A DNA stretch of 50,686 nucleotides, from positions 1 through 50,686 of the forward strand of contig JAUWZW010000001.1 in the NCBI GenBank assembly GCA_030615165.1, given 5' to 3'. The notes beneath the pieces are model-generated. The model was not told the DNA's origin, did not search any database, and saw only the letters and a program-made list of their open reading frames with translations. Shown one piece after another: positions 25,474 to 35,902 of this stretch. Both the position numbers and the translations under genes were made by a program. The DNA is from Candidatus Aenigmatarchaeota archaeon. Its GTDB lineage: Archaea > Aenigmatarchaeota > Aenigmatarchaeia > QMZP01. Within the stretch, counting starts at the first letter, position 1. Each line of letters starts with the position of its first letter.

Positions 25474-26343
25474 CTAGCCAGCCTTCTCCATCTTCTCGAA
25501 TCTCTCCCATTCAGAATCAACATAATTCTGTATCTTCTGGATTTCTTCCTGTGGAAGGTGCTTGAACCTTCCCTGGGTTTTCAGATATTCCTCCACATGC
25601 CTTCTTTCTGCTATGCGCTGTGTGATTCTGAACTGCCCATCTTCAATCTCATACAGAACCCACATCCCTGTCTGCACAGCAAGCCTTGCGATCTTGATTG
25701 TTTCATTACCCTCGAACTTCCAGCCGGGCGGGCATGCACAGTGTATATGGATGAATGAGGGCTGGAGCTCAAATGCCTTCTTCATTTTCTGAATCAAATC
25801 CGTTGGGTAGGCAATGGAAGCAGATGCAACATAGGGAATCCTATGAGCAGCAATTATCTCGGCAATGGGCTTCTTCCATTCCTTTTTACCAATAGAGAGT
25901 CTTCCTGGTGGGGATGTTGTGGTCCATGCACCGTAGGGAGTTGCGCTTGAGCGCTGTATTCCTGTGTTCATGTATGCCTCGTTATCTACCATGACCTGTG
26001 TGACTTTGTGCCCTCTCTCCAGCATACCCGACAGTGCCTGGAGACCGATGTCAGCTGTCCCTCCGTCACCTGCAACAGCCATAATCTTCCAGTCCTTGCC
26101 AAGCTTCTTCACTGCTGCCTCAATGCCGGATGCAACAGATGAAGCGGTTTCAAATGCGCAGTGAATCCAGGGCACATTCCAAGCAGTCTCTGGATACATG
26201 GATGTTGTTACTTCGGTGCATCCTGTTGCCATTGATACTATTACATTTTTAGGGCAAGCCCTGGATATGAGATTCATGGCTATGGCAATTCCGCAGCCTG
26301 GGCACATGCTGTGCCCCGGGGATATAAGTTTTTTGCCATCCAT
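25474..26343 (-). CDS. 2-oxoacid:ferredoxin oxidoreductase beta subunit (PorB/KorB-like)
   Basis: PGHSMCPGCG at the N terminus and the TPP motif GDGGTADIGLQALS. Confidence 0.8.
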   Translation of the reverse strand: MDGKKLISPGHSMCPGCGIAIAMNLISRACPKNVIVSMATGCTEVTTSMYPETAWNVPWIHCAFETASSVASGIEAAVKKLGKDWKIMAVAGDGGTADIGLQALSGMLERGHKVTQVMVDNEAYMNTGIQRSSATPYGAWTTTSPPGRLSIGKKEWKKPIAEIIAAHRIPYVASASIAYPTDLIQKMKKAFELQPSFIHIHCACPPGWKFEGNETIKIARLAVQTGMWVLYEIEDGQFRITQRIAERRHVEEYLKTQGRFKHLPQEEIQKIQNYVDSEWERFEKMEKAG

Positions 26344-26411
26344 AGTAGAACCTTCTTCAGGGTGGCTTTTTAAATTTACTGCTAAAAAATGCCATATTGT
26401 CGAACAGTGGG

Positions 26412-26660
26412 TTATTTCTTCTCTTCCTTTTTCTCTTCCCTTGCGAGCTCCCTCTGCGCCTTCAGCTCATCAAGCTCGAGCCAGACCACAAACAAACCCA
26501 CTATTATCAGAAATATCGGTATGACACCCGTGAGTACTATAATAAAATTCCTTATCCAGTCAATTGTATATCCCAAGATCGCCATTGGTGACAGAACAAA
26601 GAGTGCGAGCCCTATTATTATAAGGATGAGCCCTATTAAGACCTTTACTGCCACATGCAT
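26412..26660 (-). CDS. Small membrane protein with a charged C-terminal tail
   Basis: Two hydrophobic helices followed by ELDELKAQRELAREEKKEEKK. Confidence 0.4.
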   Translation of the reverse strand: MHVAVKVLIGLILIIIGLALFVLSPMAILGYTIDWIRNFIIVLTGVIPIFLIIVGLFVVWLELDELKAQRELAREEKKEEKK

Positions 26661-26736
26661 TAGACATCACCAATTAATTGTTTATATTTAACTGTTAGGT
26701 TTATATATATTTATCTTCATCTCTTATGTGAGAAGC

Positions 26737-27261
26737 ATGTACAAATACCTTGCCAGATTGTGGAAGAGACCAAGGGAATCCCTTGGCAGGATTCAATCCA
26801 AGAGATTGATAGACTGGAGAAGGGAAGGGGTTTTGGTAAGAATACCAAAACCGACAAGGATTGACAGGGCAAGAAGCCTTGGTTACAAGGCAAAGGAAGG
26901 ATTCCTGATGGTCAGGGTAAGGGTTAAAAAGGGTTTGAGGAAGAGACCGAAACCTTCTGGAGGCAGGGTTCCAAAAAAGGCAGGGAGGTTCTTCTCGTTA
27001 GGAAAATCCAAACAGCAGGTTGTAGAGGAAAAGGCTGCAAGGAGATTTCCAAACCTTCAGGTTTTGAACTCTTACTATGTGGGGGAGGATGGTGTAAGCA
27101 AGTGGTTTGAGATTATCCTTATTGATGTAAATCACCCTGCTATAAAGAAAGACAGGGATATCAACTGGATTCTTGGAAAGCAGCACAGGGGAAGGGCTTT
27201 CAGGGGGCTGACCTCTGCGGGGAAAAAATCAAGAGGTTTGAGAAGAAACACAAAGGCTTAA
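26737..27261 (+). CDS. rpl15e: 50S ribosomal protein L15e
   Basis: [12 protein letters not shown]...[30 protein letters not shown] is the L15e signature. The track ORF starts at GTG 26728. Confidence 0.9.
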   Translation: MYKYLARLWKRPRESLGRIQSKRLIDWRREGVLVRIPKPTRIDRARSLGYKAKEGFLMVRVRVKKGLRKRPKPSGGRVPKKAGRFFSLGKSKQQVVEEKAARRFPNLQVLNSYYVGEDGVSKWFEIILIDVNHPAIKKDRDINWILGKQHRGRAFRGLTSAGKKSRGLRRNTKA

Positions 27262-27356
27262 CCCCATTAAAGCTTTTATTCTTATTGGTTTTCCTAAAAA
27301 CATTTATAAGCTTATTGAACCAATAAATTAAATAGTTGTGTTTAGGGCGATAGGGT

Positions 27357-27881
27357 ATGGTCTGGCTTCAAACTATGTTGCAGAACCTTGTAAATATGGA
27401 ATTTTTCCAGCTGCTGTTTCCGTTTTTACTGGCTTTGGCTATTATTTACGGATTGCTTAGATACGCATTAAAAGACCAGCTTCCCAAATCAGCAGCAGGT
27501 TTGATTGCAATAATTATTTCATTCTTTGTCATGCTTTATTCGAGCTGGAACACATGGGTTTACGTGTTCCTAACAGGCATATCTGGTGCCTGGCTGATGA
27601 TAGCATGTGTTGCGATATTCCTTGTTTTGCTGCTTGGAATAGTTGGAATAAGCTTCAAGGACCTCACAGAGAAATTATGGCTTAAGTGGGTTGTGGCGTT
27701 AGTTATAATCTTCATAATTATTATAGCATTCTTTGGAACAATCCCGCTTGGACTTCCTTACTGGATTGGTGGGGGTGACTTCTGGACAATCGTATTCTTT
27801 ATAGTGATTCTTGCAATAGTAATGTACTTCTTCAGCAAGGGTGAAGAAGGGGCAGCTCCTGAAGAGAAGAAGAAAGGCTAA
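27357..27881 (+). CDS. Multi-pass membrane protein, hypothetical
   Basis: About five hydrophobic segments and an acidic/lysine-rich tail. Confidence 0.5.
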   Translation: MVWLQTMLQNLVNMEFFQLLFPFLLALAIIYGLLRYALKDQLPKSAAGLIAIIISFFVMLYSSWNTWVYVFLTGISGAWLMIACVAIFLVLLLGIVGISFKDLTEKLWLKWVVALVIIFIIIIAFFGTIPLGLPYWIGGGDFWTIVFFIVILAIVMYFFSKGEEGAAPEEKKKG

Positions 27882-27882
27882 T

Positions 27883-28317
27883 ATGCTGGCACTAATCAAG
27901 GTTTTCCTTTTTTTTGTCCTCCTTTTTGTAATAATACTTGTTTCTGTCAGGATGTTGTACAGGGCTTTAAGGGTTCATTCACTTTCCAAAAGAAAGCATG
28001 AATTCGGGTGTTTCAAGTGTGGAAAGTGCTGCACACTAGAGGTTGAGCCCACAGAAGAGGATATAAAGAGGGTAGAATCTCTCGGGCATAAAAGGACAAA
28101 TTTTATGGACGGAAAATGTTTAAAGAGGGTTAAAGGGAAGTGTGTTTTCCTTAAAAGGCAGGGCAAATACTATATATGTTCCGTGCATGAACACAAACCA
28201 AGGGTTTGCAGGGAATGGCCGTTCATCGGTGTTTTCAGGGGCAGGTTTCTTTTCAGCAAGACCTTCAGCTGCCCTGGTATTGCAAGGTTCTTAGAGAAGA
28301 AATATATATATAGTTGA
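27883..28317 (+). CDS. YkgJ-family (CxxCxxCC) zinc/iron-sulfur cluster protein with an N-terminal TM helix
   Basis: CFKCGKCC motif and a later C...C pattern. The ATG at 27883 follows the upstream stop by 1 nt. Confidence 0.6.
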   Translation: MLALIKVFLFFVLLFVIILVSVRMLYRALRVHSLSKRKHEFGCFKCGKCCTLEVEPTEEDIKRVESLGHKRTNFMDGKCLKRVKGKCVFLKRQGKYYICSVHEHKPRVCREWPFIGVFRGRFLFSKTFSCPGIARFLEKKYIYS

Positions 28318-28330
28318 ATAAGATATTAAA

Positions 28331-29473
28331 ATGGTGTTTAAAATGAAGAAATTTACATTCATTATATTTGCGTCTTTGTTAGTTACTTTCTCTATAGGAG
28401 CGTATGCAATTTCTTCTGAATGGGTCTGCACTTACGGGGACTCGCCTTATGGTGACATTGAAATAACATACACTAATGAAGATGCTACCAATAAAGCTGA
28501 AATCCATGCAATTACTCCGCAAAAACATCCGATAATCTATCCGGGTGGTGAATTAGTCCTTCAACTAAATTCTGAAAATTGTTTTGAATTCACTTTAGTC
28601 GTAAAAGACTATGGCGGTAACGAAGTTGGCAGATATTCTGAAAAGCCATACTCTCCTTACCCTGAATGCGAAATCCCCCCAGGAGGGTCCACAGAGGGGA
28701 TAGAATTTCTTACTATGATTGTTTTCGATGCACCGGGAAACCCAGGTACATACACTCTTGATGTCTATGACCCTCAAAATGTTTTATTGACAACCGGTGT
28801 TATAGAGATTCTGGACCCGACAACCCAGGTTTCTTCTGTTTCAAGAACATCCTGGTGCACAATAGATGATTCAAATTATACAATAATTTTAAGTGTGCCC
28901 TATCCTGTGGTATTTGAACCCGACAATCCAGGCGAAATGAGCGTTATTATTAAGGGTTCGGATACTTCAGCTATCAATGAAATGTTCAATCAGATGTCCA
29001 TGTCGATTTCACCGCAATATGCGGCGCAGATTTCATTAAACGAGTCAGGTAGCCCTGTCTGTTCAGACAATGAATGCAGGCAGGACTATTCCGTAACCTC
29101 CAGCACAAGTGTTTCTGCCATTGCATATGTCTGGCATGAAGAAACTAGTATAAGCAAGACAGCCATAAACAGCAAGGGCATAACCTTGTTGGACCTCAGC
29201 AAATTGAAAGAAATTAAATCAAAGTTAGATGAATTATCTTCTACTGCTTTGGATTATGTTGATTATTATTCTTCAATAAATGATAATGAAAATGTAATGA
29301 AGTGGCAGGATGCTTATGACAAGGTCAGCTCGATTTCGAGTCAGAAAAGCACTTTGATTCCTGTCCTAGAAAGCAGGGAATTTAAGATATCGGATGTTGT
29401 TGATTTGATAAACATAATTGAGGATTCGCAGCAGGATATAGATGAGACAATAACATCACTTTCGGGTGCTTGA
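28331..29473 (+). CDS. Secreted/surface protein, hypothetical
   Basis: Signal-peptide-like MKKFTFIIFASLLVTFSIGAYA. Ser/Thr-rich body and a C-terminal coiled-coil-like region. Confidence 0.55.
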   Translation: MVFKMKKFTFIIFASLLVTFSIGAYAISSEWVCTYGDSPYGDIEITYTNEDATNKAEIHAITPQKHPIIYPGGELVLQLNSENCFEFTLVVKDYGGNEVGRYSEKPYSPYPECEIPPGGSTEGIEFLTMIVFDAPGNPGTYTLDVYDPQNVLLTTGVIEILDPTTQVSSVSRTSWCTIDDSNYTIILSVPYPVVFEPDNPGEMSVIIKGSDTSAINEMFNQMSMSISPQYAAQISLNESGSPVCSDNECRQDYSVTSSTSVSAIAYVWHEETSISKTAINSKGITLLDLSKLKEIKSKLDELSSTALDYVDYYSSINDNENVMKWQDAYDKVSSISSQKSTLIPVLESREFKISDVVDLINIIEDSQQDIDETITSLSGA

Positions 29474-29474
29474 G

Positions 29475-29780
29475 ATGAAAAAAGATGTTGTATTAATTGC
29501 AATATTGCTTGCAGGGATTGTTTTGATTAGCGGGTGCATTCAGCCAGAAGCAGTATGTACACCAGGGGCTAAACAGTGTGTAGGTGATAATCTACAACAG
29601 TGTAAATCTGATGGTTCTGCTTGGGAAACTATAGAAACTTGTACATATGGTTGTGATGCTGAAAATTTGGTTTGTAAAGAACAAGTAACAAAACCAACTA
29701 TGAGTGCTGAAGATTTTATTTCTGAATTAGGAAATGTGAAAGATTCTATAAATGAAATAGGAAGATCTTTATCCACATAA
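29475..29780 (+). CDS. Small Cys-rich lipoprotein, hypothetical
   Basis: Lipobox-like LISGC after a TM helix. Six further Cys residues. Confidence 0.5.
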   Translation: MKKDVVLIAILLAGIVLISGCIQPEAVCTPGAKQCVGDNLQQCKSDGSAWETIETCTYGCDAENLVCKEQVTKPTMSAEDFISELGNVKDSINEIGRSLST

Positions 29781-29827
29781 ATCAGGGTATGCCTTGTCTT
29801 GGGTGAAGAAATAATTTGGCTGTTTAA

Positions 29828-30700
29828 CTATTTCTTTTCCTTCAGCGCCTTTATGGTCTCAGAAAGCGACCTGAGTGACTGCATCATTGGGGTCAGGGAA
29901 TCCTTCATTGCCTTCTCAATGGATTCCATCCTTGCACCCATCTCGATAATGGATTCTTTGTAACTATCAATCCTTGCCCTTATATCCTCAACATCGCTCT
30001 TCTTCTCCCCCTGCATCCTGTTTATATCCCCCTCAATCCTGTTGAGCCTGCTGCTCAGCTCCCTGAAGTGCTCGGTGATATCATCAACCTCTTTTCTGAA
30101 CTCGTCAATCTTTTCCTCAACAACACCCTCTGCCAGTTCCTCTAATTCTCTTCTCTTCTCCCATGTCCTTTCCCTTTTGCCCAGCTTCCTCCTGACAGGG
30201 GGTATCGGGAGCTCTTCTTCTAGTTCCTCCCCAGGTAACTCCGGCCTTTCCAATCTTCCTGGTTCCAGACCAGGTATCTCCGGCAGTTCAGCTTCTGGCT
30301 TCTCCAGCCGCTCTAATATATCGGGGGTAATTGGCGGTTCAGGAGCCTCCATCCTTCTCGGTGCCAGCGGGGCTTCCTCTTCCGGAAAAAGCCTCCTTCT
30401 TGGCTCCTCTGGAGCTGGTGGAGCAGGAGAAGGCGGTGGTAAAGGAGCAGCCGGGGCAGTGGGTTTAACAGCAATTCTTAAAGCCTCCTTCATTGCCCTG
30501 TCAACCTCTACTGGTGAATAGCCCTCGGTCCTCAGGGCCCTTATTATTTCTGGTTCTGAAAGCCCCTGAGAAGACAATTCTCTAACCCTCTCTGTTGGCG
30601 TTCTTCCAGCACCCATGAGCGGTGCTGGTGCCAGTGCTGGGGTACCGGCCTCAGGCTCCTTTTTCTTTTTCTTTCCAAAAAATGGTAATGATAATCTCAT
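29828..30700 (-). CDS. Pro/Glu-rich coiled-coil protein, hypothetical
   Basis: N-terminal small helical module (GLSEPEIIRALRTEGYSPVEVDRAMKEAL), a PAPP/PE linker, and a C-terminal heptad-like region. Confidence 0.5.
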   Translation of the reverse strand: MRLSLPFFGKKKKKEPEAGTPALAPAPLMGAGRTPTERVRELSSQGLSEPEIIRALRTEGYSPVEVDRAMKEALRIAVKPTAPAAPLPPPSPAPPAPEEPRRRLFPEEEAPLAPRRMEAPEPPITPDILERLEKPEAELPEIPGLEPGRLERPELPGEELEEELPIPPVRRKLGKRERTWEKRRELEELAEGVVEEKIDEFRKEVDDITEHFRELSSRLNRIEGDINRMQGEKKSDVEDIRARIDSYKESIIEMGARMESIEKAMKDSLTPMMQSLRSLSETIKALKEKK

Positions 30701-30749
30701 ATCGCCATCGCCTAGTTATATAATTATTATTTCTCTTTTATTAATATAA

Positions 30750-31157
30750 TTATTTGGCCTTCTCTGCCAGCTTTTCCTCAACCAGTCTCTCTGCCTCTTC
30801 TTTTGTTATGAAGCTTGACTTTATAGGATTGTAGATGTCTATCAGATGTTCCAACCCCTTTATCTTTGCAACAGATGCAAGTTTCTTGAGCTCCTTTACT
30901 ATCTCTTTTATTGTTTTTTCCAGTTTCCTCAGCATCTCCTCCTGCTTGGCAAGCCTTGATTCGAACCCCGAGAGTGAAGCCTGAATCTGCTTTCTCTGGT
31001 TGAGCATGTCCTGCTCCAGGGTATTCACCCTAGATTTGAAAATATTCCCTTCCTGCTCAAGAACCCTTATCCTCCCTGTATCCGTATTCGTTCTCTCCAC
31101 CAATTCCCTTATTATGGTGTGCAGACTTCTCTTCGGTTGTTTTCTAAAGACCGGCAT
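30750..31157 (-). CDS. Coiled-coil protein, hypothetical
   Basis: 135 aa, rich in heptad-like Leu/Glu/Lys repeats. Confidence 0.45.
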   Translation of the reverse strand: MPVFRKQPKRSLHTIIRELVERTNTDTGRIRVLEQEGNIFKSRVNTLEQDMLNQRKQIQASLSGFESRLAKQEEMLRKLEKTIKEIVKELKKLASVAKIKGLEHLIDIYNPIKSSFITKEEAERLVEEKLAEKAK

Positions 31158-31293
31158 ATAACCAACTCAAATTCGCACTAATTATTATTGGTTCTTGGAT
31201 TTAATAAAAGCTTTAATTAAACAGCTCCAATAATTAATTAGGAGAGTCGTGCCTGCGAATGCAGGCTTCCGATAAGTTCGTAAGGCGATATGT

Positions 31294-33546
31294 ATGGCTG
31301 TCTGTGATTACACCTATAATGAAGACAAGATGCAGGTTAAGATAAACTGTCTTGGATGTCTTTATGGGAGTTCAATCGAGGATTATCCGAGGTGTATGGC
31401 GAGGGTTATTGACATAATTCTTGAGGTCAAGAAGGTAACAAGCATTGTTCTTGCAAAGACAAGGGAATATGAATATGATTATTCACAGGTCAAGCTTCTG
31501 ACAGAGGTAGCAGGCGTTATTGAATATGCCCTGAGGGAGAAACTCCTGTCCTATGCGGCCATAGCTCCCGGGGAATGCAGGAGATGTTACCCTGAATGGA
31601 GCTCAAGGCTCCAGTATATAGTTCTTGACCTTATGAGGAAGGACCCTATAGGTGCCTATGTTGAACTGGTGAGGTGCACAAGGGAGATGAAGACAAAGAT
31701 TAAAAATGCAAAGTCCAGGATGTGTTACAACTGTTATTATAACTACAAGAAGAATGTTCTGGACGTTTTGAGGGAAAAACTCGGGGATACAAAGTTAATA
31801 AGGGCTGTCAAGCCACATCTTGCAGGATACCACATAGGTGAGAGGAGCTTATACAGGGATGTGTTCATGCCGAGTATAAGACCAAACTTCATGCTCACCA
31901 GGTACATGATTGCCCCGCCAGAGGGAGGAAAATCAATTGACAGATATAAGGTTGGGGATACACAGATTGAAATATTCAAGCTGCCTGAAACCGCCCAGTA
32001 CTTCTACCATGTTCTGCCGCCTGAGTTCAGACTGTCCGAGGAGAAATACGCTGTCATGGATGCTGCCAGGAGATACATGGCAACGCACAGACCAAAGACT
32101 GCGGAATTCGTCAGGTCAAAAAGGCTCAGGGAGGTTTTCTACAACATAGGAAGGGATATGATAAGGGATGTGACTGAGCAGATGGGCGTATCCCTTACGA
32201 CAAGGGACCTGGAGCAGCTTGCCAACATACTGACAAGGTATACTGCTGGTTTTGGTGTCCTGGAGATTCTCCTTGCTGATGAAAGGATTCAGGATGTGTA
32301 CATAAATTCCCCTATTGAGAAGCAGCCGATTCTAATCTATCATCAGGACTGGGAGGAGTGCAAGACAAATCTCATTCCCACAATAGAGGATGCAGAGGCA
32401 TGGGCAACAAGGCTGAGAATACAGTCAGGGAGGCCCCTTGATGAAGCAAACCCTGTCCTGGACACTGATTTAGCTGTTCCCGGAGGGAAGGCGAGGTTTG
32501 CTGTTATAACAAGGACGTTATCCCCTTATGGTCTGGGCTTTGCAATAAGAAGGCATAGGGAAAGGCCCTGGACCCTCCCACTGTTCATAAAGAACGGAAT
32601 GATAAACCCCCTTGCTGCTGGTCTTCTGTCATTCCTTATTGACGGGACTGTATCAATGATTGTTGCCGGCGGAAGGTCAGCGGGAAAGACCTCTGTCCTG
32701 GGTGCTCTTATGCTTGAGATTCTCCCAAAGACAAGAATAGTTTCAATTGAGGACACGTTAGAATTACCGATAGACCAGTTGAGGGAGCTGCACTACAATG
32801 TGGAGAGGCTGAAGTCCCGGAGCGTGATAACAAGGGTCGAGACAGAGATGCCTGCTGATGAGGCCTTAAGGGCCGCACTGAGGCTCGGTGATTCTGCATT
32901 GATTATCGGGGAGGTAAGGAGCATGGAAGCCAAAGCCCTTTGGGAGGCAATGAGGATTGGTGCGCTTTCAAATGTTGTTGCTGGGACAATACATGGGGAA
33001 TCTGCTTATGGGGTTTATGACAGGGTTGTCAATGATTTAGGGGTTCCACCTACATCATTCAAGGCGACGGACATCATACCCATATGCAAGATGCTCAGGT
33101 CAGCAGATGGTCTGCACAGGTTCAGGAGGGTGACTGAGATAACAGAAGTGAGGAAGGAATGGGAAAAGGATCCTATGAAAGAGAGGGGATTTGTAAACCT
33201 TATGGAATATTCAAGCAAGGCGGATGGACTGAAACCAACTGATACCTTTGTGAACGGGGAGTCAGAGGTGCTGAACAGGATTGCATCCCATGTAAAAGAA
33301 TGGTCAGGCAACTGGGATGTTGTCTGGGGAAATATAAACCTGAGGGGGAAGATCAAGGAGATGATGGTGAAGCTCTCAGAGCAGTTAAAGAAGCCGGAGC
33401 TGATAGAGGCTGGGTGGGTTGTAAGGTCGAATGCAAAATACCATCTGATAGCGGAGAGTATGAGGAAGGAAACAGGGGCAATAGACCCTGAGAGGGTTTA
33501 TGAGGAATGGCTGAAGTGGTTCAAGGCTGCTGTCAGGAAGAGCTAG
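31294..33546 (+). CDS. Type II/IV secretion-system family ATPase (archaeal type IV pilus/archaellum PilB/ArlI-like) with a long N-terminal extension
   Basis: Walker A GGRSAGKTS, Walker B/Asp box ALIIGEVRS, and His box GTIHGES. Confidence 0.8.
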   Translation: MAVCDYTYNEDKMQVKINCLGCLYGSSIEDYPRCMARVIDIILEVKKVTSIVLAKTREYEYDYSQVKLLTEVAGVIEYALREKLLSYAAIAPGECRRCYPEWSSRLQYIVLDLMRKDPIGAYVELVRCTREMKTKIKNAKSRMCYNCYYNYKKNVLDVLREKLGDTKLIRAVKPHLAGYHIGERSLYRDVFMPSIRPNFMLTRYMIAPPEGGKSIDRYKVGDTQIEIFKLPETAQYFYHVLPPEFRLSEEKYAVMDAARRYMATHRPKTAEFVRSKRLREVFYNIGRDMIRDVTEQMGVSLTTRDLEQLANILTRYTAGFGVLEILLADERIQDVYINSPIEKQPILIYHQDWEECKTNLIPTIEDAEAWATRLRIQSGRPLDEANPVLDTDLAVPGGKARFAVITRTLSPYGLGFAIRRHRERPWTLPLFIKNGMINPLAAGLLSFLIDGTVSMIVAGGRSAGKTSVLGALMLEILPKTRIVSIEDTLELPIDQLRELHYNVERLKSRSVITRVETEMPADEALRAALRLGDSALIIGEVRSMEAKALWEAMRIGALSNVVAGTIHGESAYGVYDRVVNDLGVPPTSFKATDIIPICKMLRSADGLHRFRRVTEITEVRKEWEKDPMKERGFVNLMEYSSKADGLKPTDTFVNGESEVLNRIASHVKEWSGNWDVVWGNINLRGKIKEMMVKLSEQLKKPELIEAGWVVRSNAKYHLIAESMRKETGAIDPERVYEEWLKWFKAAVRKS

Positions 33547-33548
33547 CT

Positions 33549-34916
33549 TCAGCAAAAACCATGGAACAAAACCCTGCAGGAGTCTGTTTCTATGGAATAG
33601 TTATATTTTGTGTACGTGCTTTCGTTCAACCTCTGGATATACGTCCTGTTAACAATGTGCCTCGGCATGCATTTTTCTTTGTCTCCTAGCAAAATATATT
33701 CATTGTTTTCCTCTATAACAGGGAATCTGTGTATAAATGTTGTATTCTGCACATAATCTGGTTCAGATATATCCTTGTAGAAGATTAGTCTGTAACCCTC
33801 TTCTATTTTCTCCTCCACTTCCCATTGCCGTGGGGCTGGCTCTGACGGATAGCCCATATAGTTGAGAAATACCCAAGCATTTGATGCCAACATGCAATCA
33901 TCCGGTTCAATCTCGTAACGGCTTCTGTCCTGGAGGGTGGCTATTGGTATTGAAAATGAGAGGCTTACAAGAACAAGGATTAAAACAGCTGATAAGTTTA
34001 TCGTGCTGATGTGCTTGCTCCAAACTGTTTTCAGTGCAAACACAGCGAAGTAGGCACATGGTAATATCATACTGAAAGCATACCTTGGCTCCTTCACGGG
34101 TACTGTGGAATAGGAAACCAGAGCCAGTATGAAAATAGACAGCATAATCCAGTCCTTTAGCTCAAATCTCCTTCTCCTAAGCCATAAGCCTGCAATGAAC
34201 AAAGGAAATAGGTAATTTGTTGCTACAAGTATGTCCAGAATGTTGAACGGCATAACCATGTAGCCCCTGTACAGGACATTCAGGGCATAGGAATTCGCAA
34301 TGCTTGTCAGGGGGCTCCCGGTTGCCAGCATGTTATAAAGAAGCCAGGGGGTAAAAAGCAGGGCAACCGCCAGCAGTGCCAACAGTATTTTTCTTATGTT
34401 TTTGGTGAACAGGACAAGCGGAAGATATATGAGATTAGTATACCTTGCAAGGCTCTGGAGGCCTGCACCAATGCCTGCACCGAATCCCCTCTTTGTTAGA
34501 ACATAATAAATGAGCAACTGTAGCATAGAGATGGACAGCAGTTCTGTCCCCACACTAAGACCATTAATCAACAGGAAGGGGTTCAGCAAAAGTGCATAGA
34601 AAAGCCTTGGGTCAATTTCGAGTGTTTTCGAGAGCCTTATACAGGAGTAGAAGAAAAGGCTGGAAACAAAAACTATGAAAATATACTCTGCAATAAGGAC
34701 TCCAAAGGGGCTGAAACCGGCTATGAGGAAGGGAACAAGAGGTGCCCTGTACCATTCAAAATAAAACCCTTCACCGAGCATGTATCTGGCATTCAGCGAG
34801 TAGGCAGAGAAGTCCCAGGAAAGCCCTGTTGAGTGCTGATACAAGAAGAAGGCTGTTGAAAAAATAAACAGGAAAACCAAAAGCTTGTTTTGCAAAAGTA
34901 TTCTTTTTACATCCAT
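33549..34916 (-). CDS. Multi-pass membrane glycosyltransferase (GT-C / PMT_2-like)
   Basis: About 11 TM segments followed by a soluble C-terminal domain. The architecture is typical of ArnT/PMT-like enzymes. No strict motif was verified. Confidence 0.45.
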   Translation of the reverse strand: MDVKRILLQNKLLVFLFIFSTAFFLYQHSTGLSWDFSAYSLNARYMLGEGFYFEWYRAPLVPFLIAGFSPFGVLIAEYIFIVFVSSLFFYSCIRLSKTLEIDPRLFYALLLNPFLLINGLSVGTELLSISMLQLLIYYVLTKRGFGAGIGAGLQSLARYTNLIYLPLVLFTKNIRKILLALLAVALLFTPWLLYNMLATGSPLTSIANSYALNVLYRGYMVMPFNILDILVATNYLFPLFIAGLWLRRRRFELKDWIMLSIFILALVSYSTVPVKEPRYAFSMILPCAYFAVFALKTVWSKHISTINLSAVLILVLVSLSFSIPIATLQDRSRYEIEPDDCMLASNAWVFLNYMGYPSEPAPRQWEVEEKIEEGYRLIFYKDISEPDYVQNTTFIHRFPVIEENNEYILLGDKEKCMPRHIVNRTYIQRLNESTYTKYNYSIETDSCRVLFHGFC

Positions 34917-34951
34917 AAGATTAATTGAGGGTTTTTATTAAAATAATTCTG

Positions 34952-35872
34952 CTAAACCCTTTTCCAAAAAATTCCGCATATGAACATAGTCAGCCAAAAT
35001 GTCAGGAACCTGCCCAGAATAACACCTGCTGTTGCCTGGGCTACTGTGATATGAACCGATAAGAGAAGCACGAAAACAAACTCGGTGGAACCTATGCCAC
35101 CCGGCAGAAAGGATATCGTTCCCATAAGAACAGAAAATGCAAAGATGGATATTATGAAAAAAGGCGTCAAATCTATGGCGAGAGAAAGCATGACGAGACA
35201 GAAGACAAAACCTTCCAGAATCCATACCAGTAAAGATATCAGAAATGCTGACAGAAGTATTCTTTTTTGAACACGCATTCCGTTATAAAACTTTTCAGTT
35301 ATTTCTTCACTTTTGGTTTTCCATTCCCTTGCCTTTCTATGGAATGAAAATAGTTTAAATAATATCCTAAATAGCTTTGAGATTGCTCTCCTGCTCCTAA
35401 GGATGAGAACTATCAGAACTATAAAAGCTATTAACAAGGCTATACTCAGGGTTGAGTACTCGAGTCCAAAACTGAATAGGAAAATTCCCAGAATCGAAAG
35501 GATTACCAAACTTAGCATGTCCAGAACTCTTTCTGTTATAACCCTTGGTATTGAGTGGGAAATTGAGCAGCCTGTAAGTCTTTTCAGGAAATAAGACCTG
35601 ACTGGCTCACCAATCCTTGCTGGTGTAAAGTTGGCGATGAACAGTGCAGGTAAAAAGGAAAAGGCAGAATCCTTGAAGGAAACATCCATATCGCTGATTA
35701 ATGTTTTCCATCTGATAATTTTTATCAGCAATGTTAAAATAGAAACAAGAGCGGCAGCAATTAAAAGGATTATGTTTGCTTTTGAAATGGTTTCAACAAC
35801 CATTCCAAAATCTGAGAAGTAAAGAAGCGCAAGCAGCAAAGCTATACTGATTATTGGCAAAATTTTTTTCAT
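34952..35872 (-). CDS. Flippase-like / lysyl-phosphatidylglycerol synthase TM-region (UPF0104) family membrane protein
   Basis: Multi-TM protein with IRWKTL...FTPARIGEPVRSYFL, a pattern characteristic of this family. Confidence 0.6.
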   Translation of the reverse strand: MKKILPIISIALLLALLYFSDFGMVVETISKANIILLIAAALVSILTLLIKIIRWKTLISDMDVSFKDSAFSFLPALFIANFTPARIGEPVRSYFLKRLTGCSISHSIPRVITERVLDMLSLVILSILGIFLFSFGLEYSTLSIALLIAFIVLIVLILRSRRAISKLFRILFKLFSFHRKAREWKTKSEEITEKFYNGMRVQKRILLSAFLISLLVWILEGFVFCLVMLSLAIDLTPFFIISIFAFSVLMGTISFLPGGIGSTEFVFVLLLSVHITVAQATAGVILGRFLTFWLTMFICGIFWKRV

Positions 35873-35902
35873 ACATAAAAGTTTGAGCTTTGAATATTAA
35901 AT

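Noticed and set aside
30042-30521. Plus-strand Ser/Gly-rich ORF of 159 aa
   Set aside because: It is the antisense shadow of the Pro/Glu-rich region of the 29828-30700 gene. It is low-complexity mirror coding.
30950-30980. T-arm-like string GGGGTTCGAAT on the minus strand
   Set aside because: No complementary stem or acceptor pairing. It lies inside the coiled-coil CDS.
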